Below, in pieces: positions 9,194 through 17,129 of a stretch of 64,000 bases of DNA. The DNA is from Candidatus Latescibacterota bacterium (GTDB lineage Bacteria > Latescibacterota > UBA2968 > UBA8231), in contig OZ242005.1 in the NCBI GenBank assembly GCA_965204725.1, forward strand, positions 4,288,001 to 4,352,000, given 5' to 3'. The position numbers and the translations under genes are program-made. The stretch's first letter is position 1, and each line of letters starts with the position of its first letter. A model generated the notes under the pieces. That model had not been told where the DNA came from. It made no database searches and worked only from the letters and a program-made list of their open reading frames with translations.

Positions 9194-10932
9194 GCCGCCC
9201 CCGAATGGCTCGCGGATCTCGCCTCTACGCCTCCGGGCTCTATTTTCTCATCTCGATCGCCCCCTGTGCCCGCTTGCAGGCTGCCGACGACGGGCTCGGC
9301 CCCCGGGTACAGTTTGTCGATGTCGCGGCCGAGGTCGGCGTCACCTTGATGAATGTATCCGGTGATGGCGAACAGCAGTACGTAGTTGATGCCTTCATGG
9401 GGGGAGCGGCCTTCTTCGACTCCGACCGGGACGGGGACTTGGATCTGTATGTGCTAAACGGGTCGAGAGTGGGAGGATTTCCCGGCCGAGACCGCCCGCG
9501 CAATGCCCTCTACCGCAACGAGGGCGCGACGTTTTCAAACGCCACAGAAGAATCGGGCCTCGGGGACACCGGTTGGGGAATGGGCTGCGCCGTGGCCGAT
9601 TACGACAACGACGGGGATGCGGACCTCTACGTGACCAACTACGGCAACAACGCGCTGTACGAAAATCGGGGCGATGGGGCCTTTGCCGATGTCGCGCAGC
9701 ACACAGGAGTCTTGGGTGCTGAGGCTTTCAGCACCGGATGTGCTTTCTTCGACTCCGACCGCGATGGAGATCTCGACCTGTATGTGGCGAACTACGTCGA
9801 TTTCGATCACTTCATGCAAACCACTCCCGACAGGAGGCACGAGTGGCGGGGGTTGACCGTCCATTTCGGGCCTCACGGGATGCGAGGGGCGGCGGATGTA
9901 TTCTACCGCAACGAGGGCGAGGGCGTCTTTTCCGATGCGACGGCCGGAGCCGGTCTTGTGGAGCGAGACCTGCTGTACGGACTCGGTGTCGTTGCGGGAG
10001 ACTACGACAACGATGGCGACTCGGATATTTACGTAGCCAACGATACAGGCCCCAACTATCTCTACGAGAACAAGGGCGACGGGACCTTTACCGACGTGGC
10101 TTGGATAAAGGGTGCGGCATACGGCGAGGGCGGCGAGCCTCAAGGGTGCATGGGCATTGCCTTCGGAGACTACGACAACGACGAGTATCTAGACATATTG
10201 GTCACCAACTTCTGGGAAGAGACGAACACCCTGTATCACAACGACGGAGGGCGATTTTTCTCGGATCTCACTTTTGATGCGGGCGTGGGGTTGGAGAGCT
10301 TCCAGTTCCTCGCCTGGGGCACCGGGTTCTTCGACTACGACAACGATGGCGATAAGGATCTTTTCGTCGCCAACGGCCATGTCTATCCGCAGGTCGATAG
10401 GGCAAACTTGGGAGTCAGCTATGCCCAGACCAATCAGCTATTTGAAAATATGGGAGATGGCACCTTTGCCGAAGTGTCCCTGACTTCGGGCGCGGGACTG
10501 CAACTCAAGAAGGTAAGCAGGGGTGCTTCTTTCGGGGATTACGATGAGGATGGCGATCTCGACATATTCGTCCTAGATCTCAACGATCGCCCGACGCTGC
10601 TGCGCAACGACGGGGGCGATCGCAACAACTATCTGATAGTCCGGGCGGAAGGCACCGAGAGCAACAGGGACGGCATCGGCACTCGGGTAAAACTCCGCTG
10701 TGGGGATGTGACTCAGGTCAATGAGGTGCGGAGCGGTTCGAGCTATCTATCGCAGAACGACCCGCGGGCTCACTTCGGCTTGGGCGAGTGCATTACGATA
10801 GACCGACTCGAAGTATTCTGGCCGAGCGGTCTGGTCGAGAGCTTTGAAGATCTGCCCGCCAACACGGTCTTGGTGATTCGCGAGGGAAGCGGAATCGTTC
10901 AGCAGAGCCAAGACGGCCCTACTGCACGGTAA
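9190..10932 (+). CDS. CRTAC1-family protein (FG-GAP/VCBS repeats plus ASPIC/UnbV domain)
   Basis: Repeated 'DYDNDGD.DLYV.N' motifs; C-terminal 'SNRDGIG..V...GSSYLSQ...HFGLG...WPSG'. Confidence 0.92.
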   Translation: MSRPRMARGSRLYASGLYFLISIAPCARLQAADDGLGPRVQFVDVAAEVGVTLMNVSGDGEQQYVVDAFMGGAAFFDSDRDGDLDLYVLNGSRVGGFPGRDRPRNALYRNEGATFSNATEESGLGDTGWGMGCAVADYDNDGDADLYVTNYGNNALYENRGDGAFADVAQHTGVLGAEAFSTGCAFFDSDRDGDLDLYVANYVDFDHFMQTTPDRRHEWRGLTVHFGPHGMRGAADVFYRNEGEGVFSDATAGAGLVERDLLYGLGVVAGDYDNDGDSDIYVANDTGPNYLYENKGDGTFTDVAWIKGAAYGEGGEPQGCMGIAFGDYDNDEYLDILVTNFWEETNTLYHNDGGRFFSDLTFDAGVGLESFQFLAWGTGFFDYDNDGDKDLFVANGHVYPQVDRANLGVSYAQTNQLFENMGDGTFAEVSLTSGAGLQLKKVSRGASFGDYDEDGDLDIFVLDLNDRPTLLRNDGGDRNNYLIVRAEGTESNRDGIGTRVKLRCGDVTQVNEVRSGSSYLSQNDPRAHFGLGECITIDRLEVFWPSGLVESFEDLPANTVLVIREGSGIVQQSQDGPTAR

Positions 10933-12580
10933 ACGCCGCCGCGAGCCGGTCCTCGTGGATTGACACTTCTGACTCGTAGCGGCGGCGCAGTTCTTCTATG
11001 TACTCGTTGAACGCGTTCCGGTGTCTCTCGCGTCTGAGCTGCGATCGGACCCTCAGTTCCGCTTCGGCGAAGGTCTCGCGCTTGCGTTCCCGGGAGAGCA
11101 CCTTGAAGATGGAGTAGCCCTCCTGCACCTCGACCGGTCCCGTGAGCTCGCCGACTTCGGCCTCAACCGCCGCTTCCACGAAGCCGCCGAACTGGGGCGA
11201 TTCGTAACGATGCACGTGGAATCGACCCTCGTCATCGCGCACCTTGAGCGATCGAATCGAATGCCTCTTCGCTAGGTCGCCAAAAGCGGCACCGTCCTCG
11301 ATCATCCCTTTCAACCGCAGTGCTTCTATTTCTGTTCGGACGAGGATCTCCTGCACCTCGGTCTGTTCGGGATGCAGGAGTCTCTCAGCGTTGGCCTCGT
11401 AGTACTGGCGCAGGTCGTCTTCAGTGATAGTCACCCTCTCCTTTAACACGTAGGCTCTGAGGCTTCTGATCAACACCTGCTTCCCCTGCTCTTTGAGCCA
11501 TTGGGCCACCTCCGCTTCGCGATCGATCCCTTGGCGCACAGCCGCCTCCTGAATCATTACATCCGGGACGATGTACCGCTCGACAAAGGCGACCACCTGC
11601 TCGGCGTCGCGGAGTGTCTCTAGGACATTGCCCTTGCGGCTTTTGGCCGTGCCGATGAGATCTGCCGCTGTGATCGCTCCGCCGTCGTACTGGTAGAGGG
11701 CGATAGCAGATGGGTCGTGGCCGACATCCGCCGCACCGGAGCGCAGTACCTCAACGGCCGCGGCGATGCCGTCTCGGACCGGCTCGAGGCGGTATCTGTC
11801 CCTCAATTCCGCGACCAACTCAGCCTTCGCGCTTTCGCGCTTCTTTCGCCCGAGTTCTTCGGCGATTCTCTTCCGCTGCCGCGGATTGAGCTGAGCGGTC
11901 GTCTCATCGAGGATCTTGAAGACGACGTATCGGTCACCGATTTGAACCGGATCCGACACCGAGCCTACCGCGAGCCCAAACAGCTTCTCGGCGAGGCCGG
12001 GAATCATCTCGTCCCTAGTGGCGAACCGGCCTGTGTCCCCGCCCCGGGCCGCGGTCTCTTCGTTCATCGACAGCTTCCTCGCGAGGTCCGCGAAGCTCGC
12101 CCCTCCCGCGATCTCCCTCACAGCCTTCTCTGCTGTCTCGAGGTCGGCGACGAAGATGTCGCCCAGTCTGATAGCGCGGGCGAGTCTCTCCCGGTCTATG
12201 TACTCTTCTACTTCACCGTCTTCTACCGTTGCGTCGATCGTTCTGCGCTCGTACTCACCGACGAGCTTCGCCTTCCTGATTCGGATCATCCTAGTCAGGT
12301 AGGCGGAGCTCGTCTCGATGCCTTGGCTTCGGGCTTCCATCACCAGCAGTTCTGTGTCGATCATGGTCTGTAGATGGTCTCTCAACGGCACCTCCCCGGC
12401 TTCTCCACCCTTGGCGTACTCGGGCAGTCTGGCGAGGAAGTCCCGCACGTCCTGTACCGTGATCGTCTGGTCGCCAACCGCCGCGACCGTGGGATTTTCA
12501 TCCTGCGGTCCGCAGCCTGTGCAAATTAAGAGGAGCGCTAGGCTACCTAGTGCTCCGCAGCAGAAAGAAAAAGCGTGCAT
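10919..12580 (-). CDS. PrsA/SurA-like parvulin (PpiC-type) lipoprotein chaperone with two rotamase domains
   Basis: ATG 12580 with RBS GGAGG; lipobox-like 'ICTGC'; 'GASFADLARKLS...RGGD.G', 'G.VSDPV', 'FGDLAKRHS', 'VGELTGPVEVQEGYSIFKV'. Confidence 0.85.
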   Translation of the reverse strand: MHAFSFCCGALGSLALLLICTGCGPQDENPTVAAVGDQTITVQDVRDFLARLPEYAKGGEAGEVPLRDHLQTMIDTELLVMEARSQGIETSSAYLTRMIRIRKAKLVGEYERRTIDATVEDGEVEEYIDRERLARAIRLGDIFVADLETAEKAVREIAGGASFADLARKLSMNEETAARGGDTGRFATRDEMIPGLAEKLFGLAVGSVSDPVQIGDRYVVFKILDETTAQLNPRQRKRIAEELGRKKRESAKAELVAELRDRYRLEPVRDGIAAAVEVLRSGAADVGHDPSAIALYQYDGGAITAADLIGTAKSRKGNVLETLRDAEQVVAFVERYIVPDVMIQEAAVRQGIDREAEVAQWLKEQGKQVLIRSLRAYVLKERVTITEDDLRQYYEANAERLLHPEQTEVQEILVRTEIEALRLKGMIEDGAAFGDLAKRHSIRSLKVRDDEGRFHVHRYESPQFGGFVEAAVEAEVGELTGPVEVQEGYSIFKVLSRERKRETFAEAELRVRSQLRRERHRNAFNEYIEELRRRYESEVSIHEDRLAAAFTVQ

Positions 12581-12612
12581 CGAGCACCTCCACTCAAGTT
12601 CGCGTCTATGCC

Positions 12613-15291
12613 CTAATCTAGACCGGCGTACATCGTGGCAAAGGACACGCTGCCCGTCTCGGTCTCGCCATCTATTGATCTTCTGGTCAATCTCATACCC
12701 ATGTTCGTCAACAGCCGGTAACCGAGGTAGTTGGTGACGTTCGAGAACTGCACCGCTCCGACGATCTCGGTGAAATCGTCCAAGAGTCCCTCCTTGACCG
12801 CGGTCTCTGATTTGCGCAGTTGGTTGAAGATCGTGTACTCCACACCGACCTGCATGGTGGAAGAAGAAAAGAGCGGCCATCGCGCCAGCAGGGAGAACAG
12901 CAGCGTGTCTTCCCTGCGCTCGGGATCAGACCTGAACGCCGGAGCCTCCAGCCTGAGTTCGTTCTTTATTCTCGGCATGAGATCGACATAGGCGACCTTG
13001 CGCTCGAGGTCCACCTTGTTGATGAGACCTAAGAAGGTGGAGTCCTCGCGCAGATCGGGCTGCCGTTTGTTCTGGTGCCAGTGATCGTACTTGAACTTAC
13101 TGACGAAATTCACATTCTCGATCTTGGTGTACTTAAAGCTCAGGAACGTCGAGTTTATCCACGTGTCTTGAGCCGCTAGGGGATCGACGGTTGGAACGTT
13201 CCGCCGCTCGAACTCGCTCCACTGGCGAAGATCGTTCTCGATGTTGTCCTTGGCGCTTCTGAAGTTCTCGTAGATCTTCAGCCTGCCAAGACCCGGATAG
13301 TCCCGTTCCAAGGTGAAAAGCACGTAGTTCGTCGCGTTCTCCCCGTCACCTGCAATCAGCCTCTCATCCGTGCGTCCGACGGTCAGCCTGATGCCCGGAA
13401 GCAGATCGACGCCGCCGTAGATGTTGTATCCTTCGTGGTCCCTCGGGTAGGGAAAATCCGGCTCATCATCGTTTTCAAACCGATCTACCCAGAGGTTGTT
13501 GTTCATATCCAATCCGAACAGGTACTCCGGCCGGTCTGTTCCGTATTTCAAGAACGGCTCGTCGTAATCCGGGACGAGATTGGGAAGGTCTTCGCTGTCG
13601 TTCTGGTTGAAATCGGATATGAAGTCGAGGTTTTCGTCGTACCCGGGAAACACTTCGACATCTATGTTTTGGAATATCCTCTGCCAGTCGGGGAATCGGT
13701 CCTGATCGTCGTTGTCGTCAACGAGCTCGTAGAAGAACCTCCCCTCGTCCGAGTAGTCTATGTTGGTCTCGCCCCTAGCCAAGATGGCACTGGTGTTGTA
13801 GTTGTGGGCCATGCTGTAGGCTTCGCCGAAGAAGAAGAACGGCTGGCCGATTTTCGATAGATTCAACATCCAGCCATCGCCTTGGTCAGAGGCCCCCAAG
13901 TGCTTGGTGTGCGCCCTGTTGGGGTACTTCCTGTAACTCACACTGCGGTCCCATTCTCCGTACAAGTCGAATCCCCAGAGGCGGGTCGCCTCCAGCGTAA
14001 ATCCGAATATCTCGGTGGCCGTCGGCAGACCATAGGGGATCTTCAGGACGGTCAGGTTGGAGCCATCCTTGACGTTATCATCGGCTCTGGCAGCGAGCAG
14101 ATAGACGTTGGCCAACTGCCGGTCGAACTGGCGGTTCGAGGTCGTCTCGATTCTGTAGTCGTTGGCAACTACCAGCTCGAATGTCACCCTTCTTATCTCC
14201 GACGGATCCGGGCCGGTGTACGTCGCCACCGAGAAGTCGTAGATCAGTTCGATCTGCTCGGAGCCGCTCGCCTCCCAAAACCCCAGCCTCTGAAAGCCGC
14301 CCTGGGGCGCGGGAATCAGCCCGACGTCGCTGGCCCGGACGGTCTCCCTCTCGAAACTCACCTCCCCCGTTTCATCGATCGTTTCGACGTCGGCCTCTAT
14401 GATCAGGTCCCACGCAAACAGCGTGGCACCGCCTTCGTTGTCCTCTGGCGAGTCGTCTGAGAGTCGCACGAAGACCTCGGTGACGTTCTCCGCGTTCTGA
14501 CTGGAGGCGATCGAACCGCTTCGCGGGCTACCCTCGAAGGCGTCGAGGAGCTGAGAGGAGTTGTGGGCGCTCACGTGGTTGACGCCGAGTTTGAGATAAT
14601 CTCCAACTTGGGTCGTCGCACGTCGGCCGGTCAGGGTCGTCGAGTTCGTCTGCTGGTTATTGGGGCTTCGCGAGCCGGCGGCACCCGGCGAGCTGACCCG
14701 CGAGAGGAGCGCCGTTACTTCGTACTTGTCGGACTGATAGTCGATCTGGATGCCATCGAACGCCGGCTTGGAGAAGGTCATCGGGGTCAGGGTCGACCGG
14801 ATCTCGTCGCCGATGGTGATGGCCAGATTGTGCTGTCCCTTCTGATCGGAGGCTATGACCAGATTGCTGAAGAAACTCTGGAACCGTCCGGTCTTGAACA
14901 GATTGCTTCCCCCCTGCTGGGGCTGGGTCTGGCTCCAGTCGTAGATCAGCCATCCTCTGGTGATGTACGAACCGTAGATGTCGTAGAAGTAGTCCCCCTC
15001 GAGATTGATCGATACATAGCGCTGGTAGTGATCTCTCGCGTAGTTGCTGTACTCCCACTGCTTCCACTGATATTCGCGAAACAGCTCCTGTGGGACGTAC
15101 CACTTTTTGACCGCGGGGTCTAGTGCGCCGAACAAGACGCCGGGCCCCGTCGGTTCAAACGTGAGCGCGCCGCCGCGGTGAACCCCCTTTATCCGATCTC
15201 GATCAGGACCTTGGGCTTCCGAGCGAGTGTTGTGCAGCAGAATTGCCGAGACGATGATGCACCAGATGGCCAGTGTACCGATTAGGCGCAT
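12613..15291 (-). CDS. Large secreted hypothetical protein, predicted outer-membrane beta-barrel with Asp-rich Ca-binding loops
   Basis: Signal peptide MRLIGTLAIWCIIVSAILL (alternative start 15321); alternating amphipathic strands; Dx[DN]xD loops (DDNDDQD, DENLDFISD, DMNNNLWVD); ends ATMYAGLD. Confidence 0.75.
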   Translation of the reverse strand: MRLIGTLAIWCIIVSAILLHNTRSEAQGPDRDRIKGVHRGGALTFEPTGPGVLFGALDPAVKKWYVPQELFREYQWKQWEYSNYARDHYQRYVSINLEGDYFYDIYGSYITRGWLIYDWSQTQPQQGGSNLFKTGRFQSFFSNLVIASDQKGQHNLAITIGDEIRSTLTPMTFSKPAFDGIQIDYQSDKYEVTALLSRVSSPGAAGSRSPNNQQTNSTTLTGRRATTQVGDYLKLGVNHVSAHNSSQLLDAFEGSPRSGSIASSQNAENVTEVFVRLSDDSPEDNEGGATLFAWDLIIEADVETIDETGEVSFERETVRASDVGLIPAPQGGFQRLGFWEASGSEQIELIYDFSVATYTGPDPSEIRRVTFELVVANDYRIETTSNRQFDRQLANVYLLAARADDNVKDGSNLTVLKIPYGLPTATEIFGFTLEATRLWGFDLYGEWDRSVSYRKYPNRAHTKHLGASDQGDGWMLNLSKIGQPFFFFGEAYSMAHNYNTSAILARGETNIDYSDEGRFFYELVDDNDDQDRFPDWQRIFQNIDVEVFPGYDENLDFISDFNQNDSEDLPNLVPDYDEPFLKYGTDRPEYLFGLDMNNNLWVDRFENDDEPDFPYPRDHEGYNIYGGVDLLPGIRLTVGRTDERLIAGDGENATNYVLFTLERDYPGLGRLKIYENFRSAKDNIENDLRQWSEFERRNVPTVDPLAAQDTWINSTFLSFKYTKIENVNFVSKFKYDHWHQNKRQPDLREDSTFLGLINKVDLERKVAYVDLMPRIKNELRLEAPAFRSDPERREDTLLFSLLARWPLFSSSTMQVGVEYTIFNQLRKSETAVKEGLLDDFTEIVGAVQFSNVTNYLGYRLLTNMGMRLTRRSIDGETETGSVSFATMYAGLD

Positions 15292-15349
15292 CGCACCTCT
15301 GACTGTATGACCGGTCACCATTTGACTCCCCCTTACCTTTCGCGAAAAA

Positions 15350-17092
15350 TCAATAGACCAAAGGCACGATCGCAGTCTTGCTCTCCGTACCTGTATCGGT
15401 AGCGACTTCCACGCGCACGAGGTAAACTCCCGGCGATAGCATTTGTCCGTTGTCGTCCGCGCCGCCCCAGACTCTCTGATATTTTCCACTGATGGCGAGG
15501 TCGGAGTAGATCACCCTTCTGAGGTTGCCGGCGAGGTCGTAGATTTGTACCGACACCGGAGTACCGCCTGTCAGGTTCGCGATATCGTAGGTGACGGTGG
15601 CTTGGTCGTTGACTCCATCGCCATTGGGCGTAAACGGAGTTGGGGCAACCTCGAGGAAGTGGATGCGGTTGTCGGCGACCCGGGTGGTGACCGACAGGTC
15701 GTCGCCCTCGGCGACGGGGTCCGCGTCCACGTCTCCCTCGACGAGCGTCTGCGGCAAGTTCTGCGGTCTCTGGGTGTCGGCGACCCTGCCGATGAAGACG
15801 GTGTTGTAGTGCAGCGCGATGCTCTCGAACACGACGCGCAGCAGCCGGTCGTCACCGGTGATCCTCGGGAAGCTAATTCGGACGCCGACGATGTTGCCAT
15901 CGTCTTTGATGTCCTCCTGGTCCCACGCCACGTCGATCCCGTCGATCTGGACCGATCGGATGACCTCCACCGGCGCCTGCGTCTCGATGTCGAGCCGGTC
16001 GAAGCCGCTGCTGTTGTAGCTGCGCACCCAGTAGGTCAGCTCGGTCGCCTGCCCGATCACGGCGTCTTGGGGCCACACCTCCCCCACCACGGAATCGGCC
16101 AGTGCTGGCGAGACCTCCACGGCGATCGAATCGACCGTCGCGGCCGAAAGGATGTCGCTGCTCTGGAACAGAACGCGAAACTGCCAGTACTGGCGAGGCG
16201 CAGGTGATGCGATCGGTGTACGGACTCCGGCCGGATAGGGGACAGACCATCCGCTCCACGCTAGGCTATCGCTCGGGTCCGGCGTGTGGCCACTTCGGGT
16301 AGATACGGTAGCAGATACCTTGGTCGGCTCTCCGATCGTCTCCTTAGCCCACGTTATACCGCCGAAGATGGCGGGCCGATCCTCATCGAACACCTTTGAA
16401 ACGTATGCAGCAGCAGATGTGAAACCTTCGCCGAAGATCTCAAACTCGTCGATCTCCCATTCCCCTCGAACGAGCTGTTTCACCTCTATGAAACGCACGA
16501 ACTGCAGCGGCACCGCTATATCGACGACCGGGTCGAGATTGCGCTCGACTGTCTTGAAGAGTCTGAGATCGGGATTTCCGGCAACGGTCTGCTGCTCCTC
16601 GCTGCCGTCGTTCAGCCTCACGAGGTAACCCTTCAGGAAGAACTCTTCGAACCCTGCGCGGGGGAAAAATCTGATCCTGTTGACTCCGAAACGCTCGCCT
16701 AGATCAAATCTCAGTATGATCCCTGTGGCTGACGGGATCTTGATTTCAAAGGCCGTGTTCCTGCCGTCCACCATGTTGTCCAACAAGTCCTCGAATTCAC
16801 TCTGGGTGACTTCGAGGACCGTGCGCGCATTTGGCGACGTTATTTGCCCTCCCCTTTCGATCAACTTCAGGGAGATATTGTCTTCAGGATCGTTCTGTAA
16901 AGGTTGAATGGAACCGGGATTGGCTGCGAAATCGATGACCGCTACCTCGGAATACTCCTGATCCCAGGCGCGGGAACCCGGCCCCCCTCCGAAGACGATC
17001 GTCTCTCCATTGCCTGCCGCCGCAAGTCCGAGGAGAGCTACGGACAGAACGGGCAGGGCCACTGCTCTATGAGGTGATGTTCCAGTTATCAC
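15350..17092 (-). CDS. Secreted protein with discoidin-like domain and FlgD-Ig/CHU_C-like tail (paralogue 2)
   Basis: Signal peptide; 'PTPFTPNGDGVND...IYDLAGNLRR...WGGADDNGQMLSPGVYL...VPLVY'. Confidence 0.85.
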   Translation of the reverse strand: MITGTSPHRAVALPVLSVALLGLAAAGNGETIVFGGGPGSRAWDQEYSEVAVIDFAANPGSIQPLQNDPEDNISLKLIERGGQITSPNARTVLEVTQSEFEDLLDNMVDGRNTAFEIKIPSATGIILRFDLGERFGVNRIRFFPRAGFEEFFLKGYLVRLNDGSEEQQTVAGNPDLRLFKTVERNLDPVVDIAVPLQFVRFIEVKQLVRGEWEIDEFEIFGEGFTSAAAYVSKVFDEDRPAIFGGITWAKETIGEPTKVSATVSTRSGHTPDPSDSLAWSGWSVPYPAGVRTPIASPAPRQYWQFRVLFQSSDILSAATVDSIAVEVSPALADSVVGEVWPQDAVIGQATELTYWVRSYNSSGFDRLDIETQAPVEVIRSVQIDGIDVAWDQEDIKDDGNIVGVRISFPRITGDDRLLRVVFESIALHYNTVFIGRVADTQRPQNLPQTLVEGDVDADPVAEGDDLSVTTRVADNRIHFLEVAPTPFTPNGDGVNDQATVTYDIANLTGGTPVSVQIYDLAGNLRRVIYSDLAISGKYQRVWGGADDNGQMLSPGVYLVRVEVATDTGTESKTAIVPLVY

Positions 17093-17129
17093 TTGCTGAA
17101 CACGGCTCCTTGGTGTTCTGTCGCGGAGA

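Noticed and set aside
9400-10620. Repeated GACTACGACAACGA-like DNA motifs
   Set aside because: Explained by FG-GAP (DYDNDGD) protein repeats in the CRTAC1 gene
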